DNA of 64,000 nt from an uncultured delta proteobacterium (GTDB lineage: Bacteria; Desulfobacterota; Desulfobacteria; Desulfobacterales; Desulfatirhabdiaceae): positions 119,697-183,696 of the forward strand of contig CAWBKP010000021.1 in NCBI GenBank assembly GCA_963789395.1. The letters are read 5' to 3'. The position numbers were made by a program, and so were the translations under genes. The notes under the pieces are model-generated. The model was not told the origin of the DNA, ran no database searches, and saw only the letters and a list, made by a program, of their open reading frames with translations. Below are positions 18,985 to 28,441 of the stretch, piece after piece (positions within the stretch are counted from its first letter, which is position 1; every line of letters begins with the position of its first letter).

Positions 18985-21770
18985 ATGAGCTTGGTGGGGC
19001 GGAGGTTGGCGACGGTTGTGGGTGTATTTGTCTTGCTTGGGCTTGTGTTTCTGGTCAGCAGTTTGCTGACCGTTGACTTCATGGTGGACTACTGGTGGTT
19101 TGATTCCCTGGGGTACGCCTTTTATTTTATTCAGCGGCTCAGTTACCGGTACCTGGTGCTGGTTGGCGTCACCACACTGTTTTTCGGCATTTTCTTTTTC
19201 AACTTCTGGATTGCATCGCGGTACCTGGGCACCGGCAGCCCGCCTCCGGAGAATGCAAAGACGCAGTCAAAAGAAACTTACCGGAAAGTGTTACGGATGT
19301 TCCGCACCGGATCCATGAGCCTGTATACGCCGCTTTCACTGGTTCTTGGCATTGTTATCGCATTGCCGCTGTTCGAAAGATGGGAGGCCTTTCTCCTGTA
19401 TGTATTCGGTCCTGAATCCGCGATTCCGGATCCCGTATACGGCAAGGACATCAGTTATTACCTTTTTTCATTTCCGATCTATACATTGCTGCAAAGACGG
19501 ATACTCATCTCGTTCGCCGTTTTGCTGATCGGCGTTCTTTTTCTCTATTGGCTGGAGCACCGGTTGCTCAAGGCACAGGAACAGGGTATCCAGAAAGGCG
19601 CAAAAGTCCACCTGTGTTTCCTGGTCTTTTCCGTTTTCGCCATAGAAATATGGGATTTCTTCCTCCAGCGGTATGCGCTGCTGTATACATCGAGTTACGA
19701 GCCGCTTTTTTCCGGGCCCGGGTATGCCGAGATGCGCGTCATCCTGCCTTTGATCTATGCATGCATTCTGCTGCTGGCCATCACGGGGATTTCTGCAGTC
19801 TATTATCTTATAAATAGAAAGGGAATCAAGATCGTTATCGTTTCAGGGCTGCTGTTTTCACTGGCACTGGGAGCGCGGTATTCCGAAAAACTTCCCAAAG
19901 CCGTGAACGAGTACTGGGTGACCCCCAATGCGATATCCAAACAATCGCCCTATATACGCAACAATATCGACGCCACCTTGTCCGCCTACAATCTGAATAA
20001 TGTCGAAATGCGTGAAATTACTCCCACATTGGCTCCCAAAGGCATTGACGGGAAAAAGATGCAGGGCATCTTCCGGAACATACCCGTCTGGGATGGAGAG
20101 CTTCTGAACGATGTTTACGAGCAGTTGCAGGAGCTTCGCACCTATTACGATTTCACGCGCGTCGATGTCAGCCACTACAACGTCAATGGCAACAATCAGC
20201 AGGTTTTCCTGGCTGTCCGGGAGATGAACACCACCGAGCTGCCCAAGGGGGCCCGTAACTGGGTGAATGACCACCTGGTGTACACGCATGGATACGGGGC
20301 GGTGATGACTCCGGCCGGGCAGGGGGGGACGAGCCCATGACCTGGTTTTTAAGGGGAATCCCGCTTGAGTCTGACTTTGGATTCTCGGTCGAGCAGCCCG
20401 CAGTGTATTTCGGTATGCTGGAGAACTATCCTTACGTGATCGTTCCGAACGATGCGGGCGAGTTCGGTTATCCCAAGGGAGACGCCAATGTTACGGAAAA
20501 CTATGACGGCTCGGATGGCGTGTTTATCAACTCCGCTTTCAGAAAGCTGATGTTTGCGTACTTTCTAAAGGACAGGGATATTTTCTTTACGACAAAGACC
20601 AACGGAAAAAGCAGGATTCTTTTCCGGCGCAACATCCAGGAGCGCATTCGAACGCTGACGCCTTATATATCGCTGGACCATGATCCCTATGCGGTTGTCA
20701 CCCCAAAAAATCTGTATTGGATTCAGGATGCCTACACCACATCGCAATTCTATCCGAATTCGGCGTCTTACGGCTCAGGCCCCGGACGGATCAATTACAT
20801 CCGCAACTCAGTCAAGATTGTGGTCAATGCCTATAACGGAAAAGTGGATTATTATATTTTCGACACCAGTGATCCGGTTGTCAATGCGTATCGGCGGATG
20901 TATCCCGGACTTTTCAAGGATGAAAGTCAGATGCCCCCGGAACTCCGGTCCCAGGTGCGATATCCGCAGGATTTTTTCGATATCCAGATGGACATCTATG
21001 CCAAATATCACCAGACGGAACCGGAAGTTTTTTATCAGCAGGAAGATATCTGGGAGGTCGGAATTCCCGGCGTTGCCTCCGAAAATAAACGGCCGACCCG
21101 ATCGTATTACCTGACCCTTGACATGATCGAGCGCAATCGCTTTGATTTCGTGCTGGTCTCTCCGGTTACGCCCAAGGGCCGCGCCAATCTCAGGGCGATG
21201 GCGCTTGCGGGGTCCGACCGCTCAAGCTACGGCAAATTGATTGTCTACAGTTTCCCGAAGGGGGAACTGGTCTACGGGCCGGCGCAGATCAACGCCCTGA
21301 TCAACCAGGATACAACGGTCTCGCAGCAGTTCACCTTATGGGATCAGGTGGGATCTCAGGTGGCGCGCGGGAATATGGTCATTTTCCCCATCGGAAAAAT
21401 GCTCGTCTACATACAACCTGTTTACCTGAAATCGTCGGCAAGCCTGAAAATTCCCGAACTGAAACGGTTGATCATGACCCAGGGACAGGTGGTTGTCATG
21501 GAGAAGTCGCTGGAGGAGGCCTTTGCAAAAATGATTGAGCGGGTGAATGCGGAAACCGGCAGAATCGACCGGCGTTTTGCCCCGCTAAGCTCGGAACCCG
21601 AGCCTGCATTGCCTCAGCCGGTAGAATCCCAACCGGAGATGACGCCGCCTGCGGTGCTCCAACCCGTGCCGCCACCGGCAGTACTCCAACCCCTGCCGCC
21701 ACCGGAAACATCCCGGCAGGCGGAGCCGCCATCTGCGCCGCCCCGATCTCCGGTGCAGGAAGAACAATAG
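18985..21770 (+). CDS. UPF0182 family membrane protein (frameshift in G run ~20325), Pro-rich C-terminal tail
   Basis: DYWWFDSLGY, DPVYGKDISYY, HLVYTHGYG, YWIQDAYTTS, NYIRNSVK, YIQPVYL, PELKR. Confidence 0.92.
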
Positions 21771-21838
21771 GCGACATGCTGGAAACGTGAGCAAATCCGG
21801 CATCAGGCGGTCGACCCTTTACAGCGAATGGAATACCC

Positions 21839-22888
21839 ATGTTGCCCCTTTCTTTTGTTAAGGAATCCATCTCGGCAAGATTGATATCTCCATCCGGCGA
21901 TGCTGTTGAAAAAATCATCGAAATCCGAACGCACCCCATTACCGGGCGCACCAGCCGGATTGCCTTAAGCCGAACAGACCAGGCAGAACCCGGCACAGAC
22001 ACGCTTCCGGCGCCCCCGCCGGATGCACGGCATACGGAGCAGTGCCCGTTCTGCCTTCCACGGGTTGAATTCATGACGCCCCGGCTTTGTATGGATTTGT
22101 CGCCAACCGGACGATTGGCGCATGGCGATTCGGTTTTGTTTCCCAACCTCTTTCCCTATGGCAGCTATTCCGCCGTCAGCTTGTTCGGCAATCACCATTT
22201 TGTCGAGATCGGAACCGCTTCGGTAGCTTCCTATACCGACTGTTTGATCAACTGCCGGAATTATCTCAGGCAGGTTTTGACGGCTGACCCGAATTCTGTT
22301 TATATGGCCATTACCCAGAATCATTTGCCGTCTTCGGGCGGCTCCCTGATACATCCGCATCTGCAGATCAATGCGGATCATGTCCCGGCCAATCATCACC
22401 GGTTTCTGATGAAAAGAACAAACGCCTGGTATCAGGAATCCGGGGGGCTGCTGTTATCCGATTATCTGGACCATGAAAGAGAAGACGCAAGCCGGTATAT
22501 CGGAAAGACCGGGGACTGGGAATGGGTGGCAGCCTTTGCGCCCGAAGGGTTTTATGAAATCTGGGGAATCCTTCCCGGGGTCACATCACTCAGAACTCCG
22601 GATACTTCCGTCTGGCAGGATCTGGCCGGCGGCATTCTGAATGCACAACAATTCTATCGGAGCCTGTGCCGGAACGGATACAACCTGGGAGTCCTTTCGA
22701 TTGAAACGCCTGCAAGCTGCCTGGAACTCCGGGTGGTGCTGATCGTCCGTTCCAATTACGCCCCCTGGGTTCGAAACGACCATACGGGTTTTGAGCTTAT
22801 GCTGGGAGATATGGCAACCTTCACGATTCCGGAAGATACGGCTGTGCTGGCCCGGCCGTTCTGGGAATCACCCCCCCGCACGTCATGA
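21839..22888 (+). CDS. Galactose-1-phosphate uridylyltransferase-like protein
   Basis: EIRTHPITG, CPFC, FPNLFPY, GGSLIHPHLQ. Confidence 0.82.
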   Translation: MLPLSFVKESISARLISPSGDAVEKIIEIRTHPITGRTSRIALSRTDQAEPGTDTLPAPPPDARHTEQCPFCLPRVEFMTPRLCMDLSPTGRLAHGDSVLFPNLFPYGSYSAVSLFGNHHFVEIGTASVASYTDCLINCRNYLRQVLTADPNSVYMAITQNHLPSSGGSLIHPHLQINADHVPANHHRFLMKRTNAWYQESGGLLLSDYLDHEREDASRYIGKTGDWEWVAAFAPEGFYEIWGILPGVTSLRTPDTSVWQDLAGGILNAQQFYRSLCRNGYNLGVLSIETPASCLELRVVLIVRSNYAPWVRNDHTGFELMLGDMATFTIPEDTAVLARPFWESPPRTS

Positions 22889-23023
22889 TCTTCCGCAAAT
22901 ATCCGGTTGCTTCCAAATGCATGGGTTGCACATGTGTCTTGCATCAAAACCGTATTTCAAATATCATGGCCGGAAAATCTGTTTCATGGATTTCACTGTG
23001 ACAGGTCCGGAGACCGCTTAGAC

Positions 23024-23977
23024 ATGATTGTTACCATAACGTGGGTGCACTGGACGGCATTTATTCTGGCCGTCCTTTTCTTTTTGGCGCTTGATCTGGG
23101 TGTATTTCACCGGAAAGCCCATTCCATCGGATTCAGGGAAGCCCTGATATGGACGGGAATATGGTTTTCCGTGGCCATGGTGTTTGCCTGGGGGCTGAAA
23201 AATCTGCGCGGACAGCAGGAAGCGCTTGAATTTATCACAGGCTATATCGTCGAGCTGTCCCTGTCGATGGACAACGTGTTTGTCATGGCACTGATATTCG
23301 GGTATTTTCGCGTTCCCTTGCCCTACCAGCACCGCGTCTTGTTCTGGGGGATTATGGGCGCGCTGATCATGCGCGGGATAATGATCGGTGCCGGGGCTGC
23401 GCTGGTGCGGCAATTCGAATGGACCCTGCTGCTCTTTGGCGCTTTTCTGGTTTTTTCCGGCATCAGAATGCTTTTTTCAAAGGATGAGGGAGTGGATCCG
23501 GAAAAAAACACGATGATACGACTGGCCCGTAAATTTCTGCCGCTATCCCCCCATTTTGACAAACATCATTTTGTCACCCGCGTAAACAACCGCAGACTGT
23601 TTACTCCCCTGACGCTGGTTCTGGTGATGGTGGAAACCACCGACCTGGTGTTTGCCCTGGATTCCATTCCCGCCATCTTCGGCATCACGACAAACGAATT
23701 CATTGTTTTCACCTCGAATGTGTTTGCCATTCTGGGACTGCGGTCCCTGTATTTTGTGCTGGCCGGCGCCATCGCGTATTTCCGTTTTCTGAAATGCGGC
23801 CTGTCGCTGGTGCTGGTTTTTATCGGCGCCAAAATGCTGTTGCCCCTGTCCCTGCATATTTCCACATCTCTGTCTCTGTTGATTGTGGGGGGGATTATTC
23901 TGGTCTCCGTTCTGGCCTCTCTTGCGGCCAGTTGGGTTGAACACCGCCGTCAGGATAAGAACCGAAAAACTGGTTGA
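23024..23977 (+). CDS. TerC/Alx family membrane protein
   Basis: GYIVELSLSMDNVFV, QHRVLFWG, ETTDLVFALDSIPAI, TSNVFAILGLRSLYF. Confidence 0.93.
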   Translation: MIVTITWVHWTAFILAVLFFLALDLGVFHRKAHSIGFREALIWTGIWFSVAMVFAWGLKNLRGQQEALEFITGYIVELSLSMDNVFVMALIFGYFRVPLPYQHRVLFWGIMGALIMRGIMIGAGAALVRQFEWTLLLFGAFLVFSGIRMLFSKDEGVDPEKNTMIRLARKFLPLSPHFDKHHFVTRVNNRRLFTPLTLVLVMVETTDLVFALDSIPAIFGITTNEFIVFTSNVFAILGLRSLYFVLAGAIAYFRFLKCGLSLVLVFIGAKMLLPLSLHISTSLSLLIVGGIILVSVLASLAASWVEHRRQDKNRKTG

Positions 23978-24018
23978 CTCCGGGGGGTGTTTCCTGTAAG
24001 TAGACCAATACACAGGGC

Positions 24019-24112
24019 ATGAAGTCCTTAGCAGTGCGGTACGTAAAAAAACGCATGGTCGGGTCATGAAGGCCAAGGTAGCACCATAACGGGGCGTGCC
24101 TGGCCTTTTTTT
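24019..24112 (+). promoter_or_regulatory. Candidate leader peptide (MKSLAVRYVKKRMVGS*) plus intrinsic terminator/attenuator
   Basis: uORF 24019-24069; hairpin AAGGCCAAGGTAGCACC...GGGGCGTGCCTGGCCTT with T7 tail starts at the stop codon. Confidence 0.5.
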
Positions 24113-24201
24113 GTTCAGGCTGAGGAAAATCAATACGCTTCCCGTGGGGTTCCAATGTTGTCCCTGATGACATCAATGGTATGTTTCGAGGAGGATTTCC
24201 C

Positions 24202-24303
24202 ATGCACATGGCAGGAAGCGCTGCCCGGCCGATGGAACGTGTTGCCATGGGGCTGACCGGTTTCATCGGGGTTGCCTTAAGAAAACGCCATCGACAAAGA
24301 TAA
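24202..24303 (+). pseudogene. Internally deleted cbiM/nikM(N) S-component
   Basis: GAGGAGG RBS, MHMA start typical of CbiM/NikM, C-terminal GLTGFIGVALRKRHRQR*, TAATG coupling to cbiQ; only 33 aa. Confidence 0.65.
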
Positions 24304-25115
24304 TGTCAAAAATCGCCGCCTCTTTTCTCGATATCAGCTATCTGGACAGCCTGTCCTGCCAGAAGAGCCCCATCCACCGGCTGGACCCCCGTGCCAAAGT
24401 GGTTGCCACCGTGTTTTTCATCGTCTGCGTCGTATCCTTTGGCAAATACGAAATAACGGGGCTGATTCCGTTTTTTATCTATCCCATCGTCCTGATTGCC
24501 CTGGGGGAGCTGCCGCTTGTGTATCTGCTTAAAAAAATTCTGCTGGCAGCGCCGTTTGCGGTTTTTATCGGCATGTTCAATCCCATTATCGACCGCACCA
24601 TTCTCATGCATATAGGGCCTGTCGGCATTTCCGGGGGCTGGATTTCTTTTGCATCCATCATGCTGCGCTTTGTCCTGACGGTCGGCGCCGTTCTGGCGCT
24701 GATCGCCAGTACCGGTTTTGCATCCATCTGCATGTCCCTGGAAAAACTGGGGGCTCCCAACAGTTTTGCCGTGCAGCTTCTTTTTTTGTACCGCTATATT
24801 TTTGTGCTGATCGATGAGGCATCGCGCATGGTAAGCGCCAGGTCCCTTCGTGCCTTTAAAGGAAAGGGCAGGGGGTTCAAGGTCTTTACGTCCATGATCG
24901 GGCAGCTCCTGCTGCGCGCCCTGGACCGGGCGCAGCGCATTCACCTGGCCATGCGCTGCAGGGGGTTTGACGGGGAAATCCGGGTTTTCAGGAAATTGAC
25001 TTTCGGCGGGCGTGACGGCGCTTTCATCCTGGGGTGGTCCGCGCTGTTTGTCCTGATGCGGCTGGTTGATATTTCCCAGTGGATGGGCGACAGGGTTACG
25101 GGGCTGATCGGATGA
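24303..25115 (+). CDS. cbiQ: Ni/Co ECF transporter T component
   Basis: SPIHRLDPRAK, LYRYIFVL.DEASRM..AR.LR, AMRCRGFDG. Confidence 0.92.
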   Translation: MSKIAASFLDISYLDSLSCQKSPIHRLDPRAKVVATVFFIVCVVSFGKYEITGLIPFFIYPIVLIALGELPLVYLLKKILLAAPFAVFIGMFNPIIDRTILMHIGPVGISGGWISFASIMLRFVLTVGAVLALIASTGFASICMSLEKLGAPNSFAVQLLFLYRYIFVLIDEASRMVSARSLRAFKGKGRGFKVFTSMIGQLLLRALDRAQRIHLAMRCRGFDGEIRVFRKLTFGGRDGAFILGWSALFVLMRLVDISQWMGDRVTGLIG

Positions 25116-25876
25116 GCCACCACATCGTTGAGGTAAAAGACCTGCATTACACCTACCCTGATGGCAATGCCGCCCTGAACGGGGTTTCGTTTCGAATCAC
25201 CCACGGGGAAACCGTTGCCATCGTCGGGGCGAACGGGGCCGGAAAATCCACGATTCTGCTGCATCTGAACGGCTGCCTCATTCCGGAAACCGGAACCGTC
25301 CGCATCGGTGATTTCCCCCTGACCCGAAAAACGCTGGAGCATGTGCGGCGCACGGTGGGCATGGTTTTTCAGGACCCGGACGATCAGCTCTTCATGCCGT
25401 CGGTTCATGAAGATGTTGCCTACGGTCCCTTGAATCTGGGGCTTCCCCTCGAGGATGTGGCGGAGCGGGTGGAGCAGGCCCTGAGCACGGTGGGCATGCT
25501 TCATCTGAAAGAGCGCCCGCCCTACCGGCTCTCCGGAGGAGAAAAGCGATCGGTGGCCATTGCAACGGTGCTCTCCATGTCCCCGAGTATCCTGGTCATG
25601 GACGAGCCGACGTCCAATCTTGACCCCAAGGCCAGACGGCAGCTCATTCATCTTCTGAAAACCTTCGAGCACACCATTATCCTGGCGACCCACGATCTGG
25701 ATATGGTGCTGGATTTATGCTCCCGAACCATTGTCCTGAAGAAAGGCCGGGTTGAAGCCGACGGGCCTACCCGGGACATCCTGCAGAACCAGAAGCTCCT
25801 GGATGCCTGCCGTCTGGAAAAGCCCCTGCGGCTTCAGTCCTGTCCGATCTGCAGCCCCGGATCCGAAATGCCGTAA
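25112..25876 (+). CDS. cbiO: Ni/Co ECF transporter ATPase
   Basis: GANGAGKS, VFQDPDDQLF, LSGGEK, MDEPT, ATHD. Confidence 0.92.
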   Translation: MSHHIVEVKDLHYTYPDGNAALNGVSFRITHGETVAIVGANGAGKSTILLHLNGCLIPETGTVRIGDFPLTRKTLEHVRRTVGMVFQDPDDQLFMPSVHEDVAYGPLNLGLPLEDVAERVEQALSTVGMLHLKERPPYRLSGGEKRSVAIATVLSMSPSILVMDEPTSNLDPKARRQLIHLLKTFEHTIILATHDLDMVLDLCSRTIVLKKGRVEADGPTRDILQNQKLLDACRLEKPLRLQSCPICSPGSEMP

Positions 25877-25902
25877 GGGGCAGGACGCAGGCGGAATTTG
25901 AG

Positions 25903-26403
25903 CTATAAGCGGCAATATCCCATTCTTTGAATCTGCATGGACAGCTGTTTGACGCGTCCGAGCTCTTCTTTTAACAGAATATCGACAACGTCCCGATCCT
26001 TTCCTTCGCAGATGGCTTCCTGCATGCTCATGAAAAAAATAACCGAGTCCTTCTCGAACTGCAGTGCCAGCTTCAAAACGTCCGCGACATCCTGGATCGT
26101 GTCCAGCTTGACGCTGAGCGCGCCGCAGGTTTTATAGACATGCTGGTCCGCCGTTGCCTTGACATAGACTTCCATTTCGTTGTCCGGATCAGGCGTTGAC
26201 GGCCCGCTGCCCCAGGGCGAGTCGGCCTGCAGGCGTTTGATTTTATTCATGTGCTCCAGTTCTTCCCGGGCAAGGTCTGCAAACTGTTTCTTGATTTCAG
26301 GGTCCTGGATCTTTTTTTGCGCCTGTTCATAAAAAGCCCTGCCGTTTTCCTTGATTTCAAGGGCAAGCTGAAAAACTTCGGCGGCATTAAAACAGTAAAT
26401 CAT
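25903..26403 (-). CDS. Rubrerythrin/ferritin-like protein
   Basis: GRAFYE, LAREELEH, ALQFEKDSVIFF; some ligands altered (IKEN, EELGR). Confidence 0.8.
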   Translation of the reverse strand: MIYCFNAAEVFQLALEIKENGRAFYEQAQKKIQDPEIKKQFADLAREELEHMNKIKRLQADSPWGSGPSTPDPDNEMEVYVKATADQHVYKTCGALSVKLDTIQDVADVLKLALQFEKDSVIFFMSMQEAICEGKDRDVVDILLKEELGRVKQLSMQIQRMGYCRL

Positions 26404-26693
26404 GAATGTGATCTCCTTTCAAAGTGCATTCTGTTCAGAGGGTATGTCATACTGATGGATGTCATCGGAAAAAAAAGATATGATCTTACCGACCCGGAAT
26501 TTGTCCGGTAATTGTCTTTTTATGGGTTCTCATTTATGATATCCATGACGATCTTATTAGTCCAACAATTTGATGAAAATATCAAGTTCAAATACGGCGA
26601 CGATCTGAAACCGATCCGGATTCCGAAACGCCAACCATGCTATTATTGTTCCAAATCCCTGGGAGTGTTCGGTTTCGATAAAAGGATGTCAAG

Positions 26694-27362
26694 ATGTGCG
26701 GCAGATTTACATTGCATTTTCCCGTAGAGCTTCTGGCAGAGATATTCGGCCTGACGGACTTGCCCGGTCTGGTCCCCCGGTACAACATTGCTCCGACGCA
26801 GACCGCGGCCGTGGTTCGAAGCTCGGGCAAGACCCGCAGTCTGGATTCGCTTCGCTGGGGCCTTGTGCCATCCTGGGCAAAAGACAGTTCCATCGGCAGC
26901 CGGATGATCAATGCCCGCAGCGAGAGCCTTCCGGATAAACCGGCGTTTCGAAATGCCGTCCGGTTCCGGCGATGTATCGTGCCGGCTTCCGGTTTTTACG
27001 AATGGAAACCGGAAGGCTCCCGTAAACTTCCTTATTACATTCGTCTGTCGGACGGCGGCCCCATGGGTTTTGCCGCTGTCTGGGAAGCCTGGAAAACCCC
27101 GGAAGGGTCTTTTCTGGAGACGTTTGCGATCCTGACAACATCGGCAAATCCGTTGATCGCTCCCATCCACGAGAGGATGCCCGTCATTTTGCATCCCGAT
27201 GCCTATGGGCTGTGGCTGGATAAGGATGTGAACCATCCCGGACAGTTGCTGCCCCTGTACCTGCCGTACCCCGCCGATCTTCTGAGCCTGTATCCGGTTT
27301 CGACCCTGGTCAACAGTCCCCGAAACGACCGGCCTGCCTGTATCGAGCCCCTGCCTTCCTGA
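26694..27362 (+). CDS. yedK: SOS response-associated peptidase (SRAP, abasic-site protection)
   Basis: MCGRF, RYNIAPTQ, INARSE, GFYEW, IHERMPVIL. Confidence 0.95.
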   Translation: MCGRFTLHFPVELLAEIFGLTDLPGLVPRYNIAPTQTAAVVRSSGKTRSLDSLRWGLVPSWAKDSSIGSRMINARSESLPDKPAFRNAVRFRRCIVPASGFYEWKPEGSRKLPYYIRLSDGGPMGFAAVWEAWKTPEGSFLETFAILTTSANPLIAPIHERMPVILHPDAYGLWLDKDVNHPGQLLPLYLPYPADLLSLYPVSTLVNSPRNDRPACIEPLPS

Positions 27363-27410
27363 TGCCTTCATGGCACAGGGCCGCCCCTGGCTTTTTCACG
27401 ATTCTCCTTC

Positions 27411-27440
27411 TTGACAGGATGATTTCGATGATGCTATCAT
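27411..27440 (+). promoter_or_regulatory. sigma70 promoter of lexA-dinB cassette
   Basis: TTGACA-N18-TATCAT with TGn extension. Confidence 0.55.
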
Positions 27441-27476
27441 ATGATATATGGTGCCTGAACGAAAGGACTTCAAATA

Positions 27477-27536
27477 TAAATTCGAAATTCGAAGCACGAA
27501 ATTCGAAACAATGACCAAAAAGAATAAATTCGAATT
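27477..27536. repeat. Heptamer (AAATTCG-like) dispersed repeat
   Basis: AAATTCGAAATTCGAAGCACGAAATTCGAAAC; related copies at 46364-46508 and 47528-47581. Confidence 0.7.
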
Positions 27537-27575
27537 TTCCTCTCAGGCACGATGCAGATGGAGATCGGGGGGAAT

Positions 27576-28193
27576 ATGGAGAATCTTACCCAGCGCCAGC
27601 AGCAGGTTCTGGACTTTATCGGCCGGTGTATTGACACGCAGGGGGCGCCGCCGACCCTTCGGGAAATTTCTTCGCATATCGGCACCAGCGGCACCGTGAC
27701 CGCGCTTCGCCATGTTGAGGCCATCGAGAAAAAAGGCTATCTGCGCCGCAGGGAAGGCAGTGCCCGGGGCATTGTCCTGACCGGAAAAGCCGCAAGATCC
27801 GAAGCACTGGTGCTGCTTCCCATCGTCGGAACGGTCAGCGCGGGGCTTCCCCAATTAGCGGTTGAAAGCATCGAAGGCTACTGCGCCATTTCCCCGAAAT
27901 GGGTGAAAGGCGACGGCTGCTTCTTTCTGAGGGTCAGGGGGGACAGCATGATCGAGGCGCATATCCTTGACGGCGATCTGGCCCTGATCCGACCCCAGCC
28001 GACCGCTGAAAACGGGGAAATCGTGGTTGCGCTGATAGATGATGCCGCCACCTTGAAACGCTTTTACCACGAAGGCGATCACATCCGCCTTCAGCCCGAA
28101 AACCGCAGCATGCAGCCCATCCTGATCCGCCGAAGCGAGGCACAAACCGTCATTGTCGGAAAACTCCTGAAAACCATACGGAGCTATGACTGA
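27576..28193 (+). CDS. lexA: LexA repressor
   Basis: LTQRQQQVL, PPTLREI, VSAG cleavage site, VRGDSM Ser, TLKRF Lys. Confidence 0.95.
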   Translation: MENLTQRQQQVLDFIGRCIDTQGAPPTLREISSHIGTSGTVTALRHVEAIEKKGYLRRREGSARGIVLTGKAARSEALVLLPIVGTVSAGLPQLAVESIEGYCAISPKWVKGDGCFFLRVRGDSMIEAHILDGDLALIRPQPTAENGEIVVALIDDAATLKRFYHEGDHIRLQPENRSMQPILIRRSEAQTVIVGKLLKTIRSYD

Positions 28194-28195
28194 AA

Positions 28196-28441
28196 ATGGT
28201 GCCAAGAGGCGTTCCCATCCGCATTGCCGTCATCTATGAACCGGGGAAACGCATCCGGCCGGTCTGGTTCGAGCTGAACCGCAGGCAGTACCGGGTTGTG
28301 GAAACCACCTACCACTGGCGGGACAAGATCGGCGAAGCCCAGTTTCTGCATTATACGGTTACGGACGGCGAGGCTCTGTACGAGCTTGTTTTCAGCCCCC
28401 TTGATCAGATCTGGACCCTGAACGCCCAGCAGACGGAGTAA
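28196..28441 (+). CDS. Small hypothetical protein of lexA-dinB cassette
   Basis: Tightly packed between lexA and dinB; RPVWF..RQYRV..TYHW. Confidence 0.7.
   Translation: MVPRGVPIRIAVIYEPGKRIRPVWFELNRRQYRVVETTYHWRDKIGEAQFLHYTVTDGEALYELVFSPLDQIWTLNAQQTE

Noticed and set aside
20325..20340. Selenocysteine readthrough at the UPF0182 TGA (selB is in the window)
   Set aside because: The continuation is in a different frame after a G run; it is an indel, not an in-frame UGA.
21640..21706. Tandem repeat PPAVLQP x2
   Set aside because: Ordinary low-complexity tail of UPF0182.
22890..23023. yybP-ykoY (Mn) riboswitch before terC
   Set aside because: No recognisable consensus elements seen by eye.
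23980..24200. Cobalamin or NiCo riboswitch before cbiM
   Set aside because: No B12-box or NiCo core recognised; needs cmscan to exclude formally.
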